This document shows, piece by piece, positions 1 to 10,837 of a stretch of DNA of 64,000 nucleotides. The notes below the pieces were generated by a model that did not search any database, was not told the origin of the DNA, and saw only the letters and a program-made list of their open reading frames with translations. Source of the stretch: Octopus vulgaris (lineage: Eukaryota); the NCBI GenBank assembly GCA_951406725.2, contig OX597842.1, forward strand, positions 4,402,001-4,466,000, given 5' to 3'. Both the position numbers and the translations under genes were made by a program. Position 1 is the first letter of the stretch. Each line of letters begins with the position of its first letter.

Positions 1-192
1 GTATATATGTATACACATACAGTCTTGTGTGTGTCAGTATATCTCTATATATTTTCATGTGGGTGATGGGAATATTTTATATACATATACATGTAGGTAT
101 GAGTATAGATACTTATAAGGGTACTTATATGCAATCTAAGAGTATGCACATATATACATATAATTTCTGTCCTCTCTCTCTCTATATATATA

Positions 193-276
<84 letters not shown>

Positions 277-721
277 CATACATACATACATACATACTTA
301 CACACGCAATCACACAAGCTCTGCGTAATAGATATGATACACATAAAATATACACTCGTCCCAAGTTGTGACCAATGTTATTAATAACTTGTCTTTTTGC
401 CGTAACCTCGTCAGCAATTTTCGCACACACACACACACACACACACACACCACCACCACCACCACCACTACCACCACCAATTGCAGAAACATTCCTGTAA
501 ATATTAGTCTAAAGAAACAAATCTTTCTGCATCATTCTGTCTCACAGTACACACACACACACACATGTGTATGTGTGTGTGTGACATAGAACTTCGTTAA
601 ACCATGAAATGAGTATCGAGGGAATTACCCCGAAAATACTCACTTCTGGTAAATGCCTCAGACAAACAATTTATCTATTTTTTCACTCCTCCTTCTCTTC
701 CCCTTTACTTACTATTATTAC

Positions 722-774
<53 letters not shown>

Positions 775-844
775 TGTTGTCGTAAACAAACAAGTCACAT
801 AATATGTCCACAGACTTAAAAGCCAAACGTTGTTTCAAATCTGG

Positions 845-1150
845 GAGTCCCACTGCGTGGCACTTTGGGCCAATGTCTTCTACTACAGTCTCAAGCCAAT
901 CAAAACCGTGTGAGTGAATTTGGAAGACGGAAACTGAAAGAAGCCCATTGTATATGTGTGTGTGTGTCTTTATGTTTGTTTGTCACCACCACCGCTTGAC
1001 AACCGGTGCTGGTGTGTTCCCGTTCCCGTAACATATGTGAGTGTGAGGGACAGCTTTCCTCTATTGCGCTGAAAAATCACTTCACCAAGCTGATGACGCG
1101 TTATCTAGCGGTTCGACAAACACAAATCGATAAAACAAGTACCAGGCTTA
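845..1150 (+). mobile_element. SINE family A (tRNA-derived, CORE-like box; octopus OR-type SINE), degenerate copy
   Basis: Contains agtcccactgcgtggcactttggg...tgtcttctacta...ggaaactgaaagaagccc...cgcttgacaaccggtgctggtgtg, matching the full copies at 41571 and 63677. Confidence 0.8.
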
Positions 1151-1234
1151 CGCGCGCACACTGGCCACTGAGTCTTCTATTATGGCCCCGCGCCGAAGCC
1201 TTGTGAATGGACGAAACTATATATATGTCGTTTA

Positions 1235-1460
1235 TCTTTTACTTTTTCTAGACATTGGACCGTGCCCATGCTGGGGCTGTGATCCGAAAGGCTTTGTCCA
1301 ACAAATTGACAGCCATAACTTTTTGAATTTCTGGCGCTTTTTCTATTGGCCTGTTTTTTTATCTCGCTATGTTACGGTGACATAAACAAACCAACACCAG
1401 TTGTCAAGCGGTGGTTGGTCACACACACGTATACACACATATAAGGCGGGCTTCTTTCAG
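1235..1460 (-). mobile_element. SINE family A, 3' half
   Basis: Reverse complement of the tail (ccatgctgggg, gttgtcaagcggtgg, gggcttctttcag). Confidence 0.7.
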
Positions 1461-1567
1461 ACAGACAGGCAGACAGACAGATAGATAGATAGATAGATAG
1501 ATAGATACATGATTGATAGACAGAGAGAGAGAGAGAAATTGATAGATGGATGGATAGAGAGATAGAG

Positions 1568-1629
<62 letters not shown>

Positions 1630-1645
1630 GATAGTATAGATAGAC

Positions 1646-1679
<34 letters not shown>

Positions 1680-1680
1680 T
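1458..1680. repeat. (GACA)n/(GATA)n microsatellite
   Basis: Read directly from the sequence. Confidence 0.95.
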
Positions 1681-1916
1681 GTATATGTGTGTTGGCATCA
1701 TATAAACAAGCTTTACGGGCAAAGAACCGATGCCATTCGCTTACAAATCTTCTTACAAACCATATCACAGGCCAAGAGCAACTATTAACTTGCTCGGAAA
1801 CAGCTGATTGTTGACGATATGAGGGGCATCTGGCCGAAGAAAATCTGCCTGAACTTAATCTGTCTGCCCTCTGCAGGCATACATAAAAAATTTAAATGAC
1901 GACGACGATGATGATA

Positions 1917-1983
<67 letters not shown>

Positions 1984-2344
1984 GAGTACTTAGTGACTTC
2001 GCTAAATTCTGCCATTGCTTTGTGTAAGTTTTTCCGTATATATTCATTGCCTTTTCATAAATTCTCTATTCTTTATTGTGTGTCATTGTACTAAAGTGTG
2101 TGTCTGTGTGTATACAGGTGTATATAATATACACACACGGACATAACTATACATTATTTACACACTGACACACACTCTTCACACACAAAAGTACTTTTGT
2201 ATATTTTATTACTGTTATTAACTATTATAATTATACGTTTTTCCATCATAAATAGCTGTTATATATACGTGTGTGTGTGTCTGTGTGTTTCCTAGCTAGC
2301 ATATTTTTCAACACACACACATACACGTAGTAACCTTGTTGTTG

Positions 2345-2379
<35 letters not shown>

Positions 2380-2665
2380 TGTACCTATACATTTTCTTAA
2401 CTCCATAATAAACTGTAGGAACTATTTTGTTTTTTCCTACTCTGTTCACTATCATTACCACTCACCAACCATCCCAGCACCACCGCCATGACCATTATAC
2501 CCGCCACGTCCCCCACCACACCAACAACATCAAAAGCCACCGCTCTGTTTAGTCCTCGTTAACCCCGACGCAAATCCTTGCCATTAACTTCGCCATTCAA
2601 CTCACTAAATCTACCAAACACCTCATCACTCACTCCTCGTGTCGTCTGCATTCTTACAGTCTCGC

Positions 2666-2766
2666 TTTTCTTTCCAGAACTTTCTAAGAACATTCGAGAA
2701 GAAAATATTTCGCTGAAAGTTTCTTATTCTGCCATTTGCTTTTGTCTCTGCGGGGATTTTTGCCCC
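2666..2766. repeat. ~100-bp dispersed duplication, copy 1 (copy 2 at 6319-6419)
   Basis: agaacattcgagaagaaaat.tttcgctga..gtttcttattctgccatttgcttttgtct is present at both loci. Confidence 0.9.
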
Positions 2767-3118
2767 ACCCCCTTCACCCTTCCCTCTTTTTCCATCGCTT
2801 TCTCCCCCTCTCTATTTCTCTCTATCTCGTTTTTTCTACATTAAACTATGTCTGTGTGTCTGCAATTTTTTTTATTTAGTTTTGTTTTCAGTATATTTAC
2901 CTGTCGGCTTGCGTGCATGTGTGTGCGTGTTTGTATGCATGCATATATATGTATATATATGTATCTAATTCTATGCTTATATGTGTGTGTATATATATGT
3001 TGTGCATACACAGACACATATATACTTGCACACATACATAAATGTATATACACATAAGTATGTATACGTGTATGTATGCGCACGTTTCTGTAAGTATATA
3101 TGTATGTGTGTGATTACA

Positions 3119-3166
<48 letters not shown>

Positions 3167-3613
3167 CACATGCATATATAATACTACCTTTCTTTGTGTA
3201 CATAGAGATATATATTCACATACACGTACGACATTTCTTTTTCGTCATGTCTCCTATCTGAAACATTATTCAGTTGCGCTTTTATCATCTCGCAATTTTT
3301 TCTTTCTTCCATTTTATCTGATCGTCTGCTTGGTTGATGATCATGTGTTTTTGTTGTCTACGTTTACTTCCAGAACCGGATGGACAGAGGGCGTTGGCGG
3401 CGTCTGTCTGTACTTGATAACGTTTCCTTTACTGCAGGGTTTCTCACCAATTTTTTACCTCTTTGATTCAAATTTTCCTCGGGTGCACCCTTTTAGCCAT
3501 TCGATGTTCAAAAAATCCTATTATGTACATAACATTCGATATTAGGAATCGCAGAGACAAAAATGATTAAAATATTTTGTGTACTGGAGATGTATAACCA
3601 ATTTATTGCACAT

Positions 3614-3945
3614 AGGCGCATGCGTGGCTGTGTGGTAAGAAACTTGCCTCCCAACGGGTTCAGTCCCATTGCGTGGTACCTTGGGTAATTGTCTTCTACT
3701 ATAGCTTCGGGTCAACCATAACCTTGTGAATGGATTTGGTTGACAGAAATTGAAAGAAGCGTGTTGTATGTGTGTGTTCCACCGTTTGACAACTGGTGTC
3801 GGTGTGTTTACATCTCCGAAACTTAGCAAGAGACCAATAGAATAAAGTACCTAGTTTAAAACAAAGCAAATTCGGAAGTCAATTCATCCGACTAAACTTG
3901 CCCCAGTATGGCCGCAGTCTAATGAATGAAACAAGAAAAGGAGAA
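3614..3945 (+). mobile_element. SINE family A, near full length
   Basis: Head ggcgcatgcgtggctgtgtggtaagaaacttgc, B-box-like gggttcagtccc, CORE-like accttgggtaattgtcttc, tail gccccagtatggccgcagtctaatga. Confidence 0.85.
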
Positions 3946-4060
3946 AACGATTTTAAAATCATATCTCTTTGGAAGACTAGTACTTATTCTATCGGTCTCA
4001 AGCGATGCAGGTGTGTTTACAGGGGGTCAAGCACAGGCGCACAAACATATACACACACAT

Positions 4061-4162
<102 letters not shown>

Positions 4163-4229
4163 GACAGGCTTCTTTCAGTTTCCGTCTACCAAATCCACTC
4201 ACAAGGCTTTTCAAATTTTAATCCTTTAT

Positions 4230-4710
4230 AACCAAATAAGAAGGAACATACCATACTGGCTTTCAATTTTGACATTCATAGATGACTAAAAAAATTCAAT
4301 GCAAACTTAAAATTGAATTCTTCTTTTTTCTAAAATTAAACTGTATGAATCTAAATAGTTGGAACCCTAAATAGCATGAATCCCAAATAGTACTAATACT
4401 AAATAGTATGAATCCTATGTCCCTAAGGAAACTATTCGGTTCACCTTGATTATCTCACTTCCATTTCTTAATATATAATTAGTCTAAGATATCTTTACAA
4501 AATATATTTAACCAAATAGGAACGAATATACCATACTGGTTTTAGTTTAACACCCATAAATGATTAAAAAACTTCATTATAAACTTAGGATTAAATTCTT
4601 CTTTTTTATAATGTTCTCCAATACTATGTAGCATTAATCCTATGTCCCTGGGGAAACTATTTGGTTAATCTTGATTATCTCACTCCCATTTCTTAATATA
4701 TAATTAACCT
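4230..4710. repeat. Diverged two-copy tandem duplication (units start ~4230 and ~4510)
   Basis: aaccaaata.gaa.gaa.ataccatactgg... and aatcctatgtccct..ggaaactatt.ggtt.a.cttgattatctcact.ccatttcttaatatataatt each occur twice. Confidence 0.85.
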
Positions 4711-5209
4711 AGTCTCTTTCTCCAAATTTGAATAAATTTCAGATTTATATTTTTTCCTTTATTCTAACGTGTCAAAGTACTTGGAACTTATAGACCAACT
4801 GTTGTGATGATATGCATAGGGTTTGTAAGGTCTCTGCATTCTCTGTGAATGTTATTGTGACCATTTGACTTTGACCTAGTTCTCCTAACGCCGAATCTGT
4901 TCATCAAATAGTAGTAATTGGCATTTAGTTGTGACAATGCTGTCTTCTACATAAATTCCTTATATGGATCTATGACATCCCCTTTACCCCATTTCTATAA
5001 TTAGAAAATCTTTATTGTCTCTTTTCATTTGTTCTTCCCTCTCAGGACCTTACAGTAGTCTGGAACAACTAAATCTTAGTCAGTCAGTTGATGGGCTCTA
5101 CTACCTCAAATGTTCTTAAAATTTAAATCCACATCTTTGTCTATGTATCTACCTTCTCTATAATGTTGCCATTTGATATGAAAATTTTTGTATTAATGGA
5201 AAACCTCTA

Positions 5210-5302
5210 TAATTGGCTGATGAGTGCTCAGCATTTTAAAACTGTTGTAATACTTACAACATTTAATAAAATGATGTAGTACGAAACGATCGTACCAAAT
5301 TA
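5210..5302 (+). ncRNA. Type-I hammerhead ribozyme (Penelope-like-element type) with extended stem II
   Basis: Stem I taattgg/ccaaatta; core CUGAUGA at 5217-5223; stem II 5224-5282 (gtgct...agtac closing a ~25-bp hairpin with a tac loop); GAAA at 5283-5286; palindromic stem III A-CGAUCG-U; GUA cleavage triplet at 5292-5294. Confidence 0.8.
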
Positions 5303-5409
5303 CCGGAGTCATTCTTGTTGCTTATTTTAATTATATATATATATGTATATTCATTTATTTATTTATATATATGTGTATGTATGTATGGTGTATGTATTTT
5401 CAATCCATA

Positions 5410-5459
5410 CTTTCCTATATCCTTAATTTCGTTTTAATTTCTTCTCATTTCAGGTGAGT
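5410..5459 (+). promoter_or_regulatory. Juxtaposed 3' and 5' splice sites (polypyrimidine tract + CAG|GTGAGT); candidate recursive splice site
   Basis: tttcctatatccttaatttcgttttaatttcttctcatttcag|gtgagt; no AG in the ~40 nt before the acceptor. Confidence 0.4.
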
Positions 5460-5609
5460 GATGGCTTTTATTCAGAATATTTTTTACAATCCTTTATGTA
5501 AAATTCGTGAGTGACGCTTCGAAATTTTGTGAGTGATGCTTCTTTTTAATCAAAATTTATGAAAGTTAGATTTTTAATTCAAAATTTGGCAAGACTTAAG
5601 TTTTGTTGG

Positions 5610-5765
5610 AATTCATGTATTCTTGTATGCGTCGCGGGCTTGCTGCCAGCAGTCTACACACAGTCCCATGCTATCCGTTTCTCTCAACTATCTAATACTT
5701 TCCTGATTATTCTGGCGGTGCCAAAGAGACAAACCTTTTGTAACAGCTCTACTGAACACCCTATC
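5610..5765 (-). mobile_element. R4/Dong-clade non-LTR retrotransposon, extreme 3' end
   Basis: Minus-strand translation IGCSVELLQKVCLFGTARIIRKVLDS* (stop 5686-5684), same C-terminal motif as the copy ending at 12034. Confidence 0.7.
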
Positions 5766-5944
5766 AACAATATAAAAATATCCTGGAGTCAATTAGTTCA
5801 ACTAAAATCCCTTCAAGGCGGTGCTCCAGCATAGCCGCAGTCAGATGACTGAAACAAGTAAAAGATAAATTTTAACACTAAAATCTTAAATCTCAGAGGC
5901 CATTATGGACCCCGGTTGAGAACTACTGTGTGTCTCTTATCATT

Positions 5945-6240
5945 CAGGGTTTTGACCAGAATCACTGCTAGAAACAACAGCAACAGCCTGCCTCTTACAT
6001 ACTCTAATTGTAGCTCCAACGAATTCACATCCGTCTTTTACTTTTCAAGAGTCGACTCAACTTTGGCAGCTCTCTACACACGCTCTGTATTAGCTAAAAA
6101 TAGTGACCAAACCACCTCAGTCTCTTTAAAAATAACGACTGCGTTTGACAATGTAGTCCTAGTCACGCTGTATCTGAATAAAAGGCGGAATGGTCATATC
6201 TTTGATCATAGTTCTCTGTTTGATCAGGACTGGCATCTCA
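5945..6240 (+). mobile_element. SINE-like family D (ctgctagaaa..gcagccaa...taatgtagtcctagatacac...gatcaggactgac)
   Basis: Same modules as the copies at 17215, 27340, 56975 and 61920. Confidence 0.6.
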
Positions 6241-6318
6241 CGGTGGCACAAAATACCTCATGGCATGAATACAAAGCCAAATAGGAGCTTTATAGAACAC
6301 ATTCCGAATTAGTTCCAA

Positions 6319-6419
6319 TTTTCTTTCGAAAACCTTCTTAGAACATTCGAGAAGAAAATCTTTCGCTGACGGTTTCTTATTCTGCCATTTGCTTTTGTCT
6401 TGAGAGGGATTTTTGTCCC
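6319..6419. repeat. ~100-bp dispersed duplication, copy 2
   Basis: Near-identical to 2666-2766. Confidence 0.9.
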
Positions 6420-6670
6420 AACACACCAACACCAATTCTCAAGCGATGGTGGAGGACAAACATAGACACAAAGATTCGCGCACGCACACACACACACATA
6501 CATACATATATACGACGGGCTTCTTGTAATCTCCGTCTACAAAATCCAGTTACAAGGCTTTGGTCAAACCGTGGCTACAGTAGAATGCACTTGCCGAAGT
6601 GCCTCGCACTGGAACTGAACCCGGAACCATACGGTTAGGAAACAGGCTTCTTGCCACACAACCGCACCTG
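6420..6670 (-). mobile_element. SINE family A
   Basis: Reverse complement of head and body (ggaactgaacccggaaccat...cttcttgccacacaaccgcacc). Confidence 0.8.
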
Positions 6671-7204
6671 GTTTTATTAGACTAAACCCATCAAGGCGGT
6701 GCTCCAGTATGGCCGCAGTTTAATGAGTGAAACAAGTTAATGAAGATACAACATATTTCCCACTGGACACGTGTCTGCCATCTCTACGACTGTACTTAAT
6801 CTTGGCAAAGAATGGACAACCACAGATTAAGTGGTCGATCGATTCATTATATTGATTAGATATATACCTACAGGTGATCATAGCTCCTTGTGAAATTATA
6901 TTTCAACTTTGATCCTTTGTCACTAAAATCAGATGCTCCAATGTTATATTTAGCTCTGAGCTGCTGCACCATATTCGGCGTTCATTTTGACTTCCTTCCG
7001 TTCTGTCTAAGGCTTCCAGGCCATTGGTCAAAGAATGGTTCCTATGCAACACCTTCCAAGACTATTTCCATTTGTATATTTTAGAATTCTATTTCGAATA
7101 TCTTTGTTTTCACATTTTCCTCTTTTGCTCTTTTCTTTTTCTGCATCTAATTCTTTTCACACAGAGTAGTTTTCTATTCATGCATAGTTTGCTGTTCTGT
7201 TTTA

Positions 7205-7580
7205 GGGTTTTGGCTTCAGATGGTAACATCTTGAGTTTGATTCTCCGCGATACATTGGGTCCTTGAGCAAGACACTTTATCTCACGTTACTCCAGTCCAC
7301 TCAGCTGGCAAAAATTAGTCGTATCTGCAATTCAAAGAGCCAGCTTTGTCACATTATGTGTCATGTTGAATCTCCTTGCGAACTACATGAAGGATAAGCG
7401 CGTCTCTAGATTGCTCAGCCATTTGCACGTTAATTTCATAGTCAGATGGCCATTACGCTCTGCAGTAATTTTGGGAGCTGTACTTTTGTAATCCTTTCTA
7501 ACAATTCGCGTAAGAGTCCGACGGTCCCTATCTGAAAACTCAACTGGAAAACTCATCTTCGTAACCGACGGAGTGCCTGT
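7205..7580 (+). mobile_element. tRNA/CORE-type SINE carrying the family-C tail, interrupted by a Tc1 fragment
   Basis: gtccttgagcaagacactttatctcacgttactccagtccactcagctgg (CORE-like) followed by gcacgttaatttca...tcaactggaaaactcatcttcgtaaccgacggagtgc (tail as in 22835-23218). Confidence 0.75.
7442..7538 (-). pseudogene. Tc1-like transposase fragment (second HTH region)
   Basis: FSDRDRRTLTRIVRKDYKSTAPKITAERNGHL in ORF 7383..7601, typical of the Tc1 DNA-binding domain. Confidence 0.7.
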
Positions 7581-7607
7581 GTCTTTAGTAAGACGCTGCA
7601 TTTCACG

Positions 7608-8645
7608 TTGCTTGGCGAAGATCAGTGCCTTGCCAAGAAAAGAACTAAATTATCAATGAAAGAAATTAAAATCATACTTCAAGCTAGAAAGACTGTTATA
7701 TTACATGAAGGTAAATATTGGACCAGGAAAGACACACCAGACTGTTTCGATGTACGCACGGGCGCGCAAAACTCTGCAGACGTAATCCACTTAGTCGGGA
7801 TTTACCTACTACGCCAATTTAAAGAAGTCCCTGAATTAGAAGGTGGACTATACCGGGACGACGCTCTATTCTTAGTTAGGAATACCTAAAAAAACAAAAG
7901 CTATCTATTACCATTCAAAACGATAACAATTCAATCTTAATACTTCTACCCAGAAACCTAACACCAATATAACATATATAAACGTGCACAGTAACCATCT
8001 AAATAACATTATAGAAAACCTGACTGCTGACATAGAGAGAAGAATAAATCTACTTCCATCTAACGAGGAAATATTTAACAAAAATGAGGACTACTATAAC
8101 CCAGCACTTACGGCAGGATATAAATATGAAATTAAGCACAATAAAAACGACAGCACCAATACTAATCACATCAAACATTATCTTGGAGCGAATAACGTAG
8201 ATAATATTAGTGAACCCACTAATTCAAATTGTAACTGTCGAGACCCAAATGCCTGTGGTGTAGATAGAAATTGTAAAATGAAAGGTGTATACTTATTACT
8301 TATTACTCAGGACTCCTCTAGATACATATACATGGGTTGCACAAAAAACTCAATGAAATCGAGAATTTATAACCGCAAATCTTCTTTTAAGGACCATCGA
8401 AAAGAGAATAGTACAGGGCTATCTAAAAAAACTGGGACCTCAAAAGAAACAACATTTTCTCCATCTCTTGGAAAATCTTATCTTCTTCCCCCTCTTACAG
8501 AAATAATAATAAAATTTGTAGGTTATGTTTAGAGGAAAGCTATAACATAATGAGAATGAATGGAAATTTGATTAATACTACTTGGGATGAAAGAGTTTCT
8601 TCATGTAAACACATGACTAAATTCCTATTCCTCAATCTAAAATAA
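7608..8645 (+). mobile_element. Penelope-like retroelement remnant (RT C-terminal part, Cys-rich linker, GIY-YIG endonuclease), Naiad-like, disrupted
   Basis: FDVRTGAQNSADVIHLVGIYLL...GGLYRDDAL (RT motifs); CNCRDPNACGVDRNC; GVYLL..YIYMGCTKNSMKSRIYNRKSSF..ENSTGLSK; after a frameshift at the A-run ~8430, WDLK..ISWKIL..CRLCLEE..LIN..SSCKHMTKFLF* (stop 8643-8645). Confidence 0.85.
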
Positions 8646-9875
8646 TTCTTATCTCACCTTTTGCTTAGTTTGATATTTTTTTTTAAAAAATATATCTATA
8701 TATTACCCTTTTCTATGGAATATAATTACTCATCACATCCCCTTTACATTACTATATTTTATAGTATCTTTGTACATTTTTTTCTTTAACATTTTTTTCT
8801 CATAATTGCATGACCCACCATATATAGGGCTTTCAATTTATCTCTCAGTACACTTTTATCTCCACAGTTATATCTTTCCTTAGTTTGTAATATACCTATA
8901 ATTTTTTTGTATTTTATTTGCTTAATGTGTCCATGTACACTCCTTTTTGCACTTCTTTCACCCCACCCCTCTCAACATACCCATTCTAAGTATTACTGGT
9001 TTGTGTTATTTGTTATTATACCTTATAATTCCATACATTTACTACTGACATATGCTCACATGTCTGCACATATAGTACTTCTTGGTGTCTTACATATCTA
9101 CACCCATGTATGCAAATCTAGGTATGGATATTATATGTTATCTATATGCATATATCTATAGATATATGCTTGATTTTTATATGTAGGTACTGACATGTAT
9201 ATTAATATGAACGTGCGTATTTGCGTATATATGTATGTTTTCGCACACATATATATATACAATTTATTATGTATGTATTTATATCTACATGTGTGTTCCC
9301 CTTCTCTCTTTGCACCGTATGGGCATATTTGTACTGTTTTTTATATGTATACCTTTATAGTACGTTTACTAGAATTGATGTATCTATATATACCAATGTG
9401 CAAATATGCCTCTACACACGTATGAGTAAATATTCACACATTCTTCTGCTTATTAGATTATGGCTAAATTTTTATACACTTATGTGTACCCTTCTACTCG
9501 TAACTTTTCTTATTTAAACTGACACTATGCATCCCAACAAATTGAATACCACTACGACCTTACTACCTTACATATCCTTCTCACATAATACTAAGCTAGA
9601 TTATTACCTCTAAAATATATATACTAAAGCACACCTACTATATAACCTTACACACCAATATCTTCAGCTTTATTTGTTTTTTTTTTCACTCTTCTCCGTC
9701 AAATAACATTGTTTTTCTCGCTTACAACCTTGCGTAGTGGAGTAATAATATTAGTGGTTCTTAGACCATTTGGGGTCTATTTCTAGCAGACTTGCTGTAA
9801 TCATTCAAAATCCTTATTATAATCTTAATATAAATGTGCGTGTATATATGTGTGTGTGCTTATGTGTATATGTGC

Positions 9876-9917
<42 letters not shown>

Positions 9918-9946
9918 ATGTATATATATATATATGTAAGTATATG

Positions 9947-9977
<31 letters not shown>

Positions 9978-10001
9978 GTAAATGTATGTTTATATATGTG
10001 C

Positions 10002-10053
<52 letters not shown>

Positions 10054-10388
10054 CTCCAGCTACCCCTAAATCTGACACCTTATCTAATCGTCTTTCCTCG
10101 GTATGATCCTTATGTGACTATGTCAGCTTTCTGCTCATCGGTCAGAGCGATAAACTAATTAAGATAACTTTAAAAAACAGGATGGATTAAACCTGCTTGC
10201 CATGGAATATCCGCTCCACTTTCTTTGGCGGTTTTTTCTTCTTCTTCAATATACACGACTTCATTATGGTAGTTGATGAACGAGACATTTTTAGCTTATA
10301 ACTTGCTTGTTTATGGGTTTAACATTTACTTAGTTACGGCCCGCGTACGATTCTGCCAGCTCACCGCCCTAATAATAATGGTGATAAT

Positions 10389-10769
10389 CCTTTCTACTAA
10401 AGGCTCAAGGCCTAAAATTTAGGGAAGTAGACTGGTTGATCCCCCCCCCAGTGATTCATTGGTACTTAATGTTTCAGCCCCGAAAGGTTGAAAAGCAAAG
10501 TCGACCTCAGCGGAATTTGAACTCAGAACAAAATACCTATTTCTTTACTACCCACAAGGGGCAAAACACAGAGAGGACAAACAAGGACAGACATAGGTAT
10601 TAAGTCGATTATATCGACCCCCAGTGCATAACTGGTACTTATTTAATCGACACCGAAAGGATGAAAGGCAAAGTCGACCTCGGCGGAATTTGAACTCAGA
10701 ACGTAATGGCAGGCGAAATACCGCTAAGCATTTCGCCCGGCGTGCTAACGATTCTGCCAGCTCGTTGCC
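10389..10769 (-). mobile_element. SINE family B (tRNA-like head; gtcgactttgcctttcatcctttcggggtcgat central domain), partly dimeric
   Basis: Reverse complement of ggcgagctggcagaatcgttagcacgccgggcgaaatgcttagcgg...gttcaaattccgccgaggtcgactttgcc; the central domain occurs twice with two different tails. Confidence 0.85.
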
Positions 10770-10784
10770 ATAATAATAATGATG

Positions 10785-10837
<53 letters not shown>
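10770..10837. repeat. (TAA)n microsatellite, 5' flank of the Dong-like element
   Basis: Read directly from the sequence. Confidence 0.95.

Noticed and set aside
3970-3992. tggaagactagt matches the first 12 nt of miR-7
   Set aside because: The match ends there; the 3' part is SINE A sequence and I see no precursor hairpin
10068-10150. Minus-strand ccgatga...gaaagac hammerhead-like words
   Set aside because: Core mismatch and no consistent stems II and III
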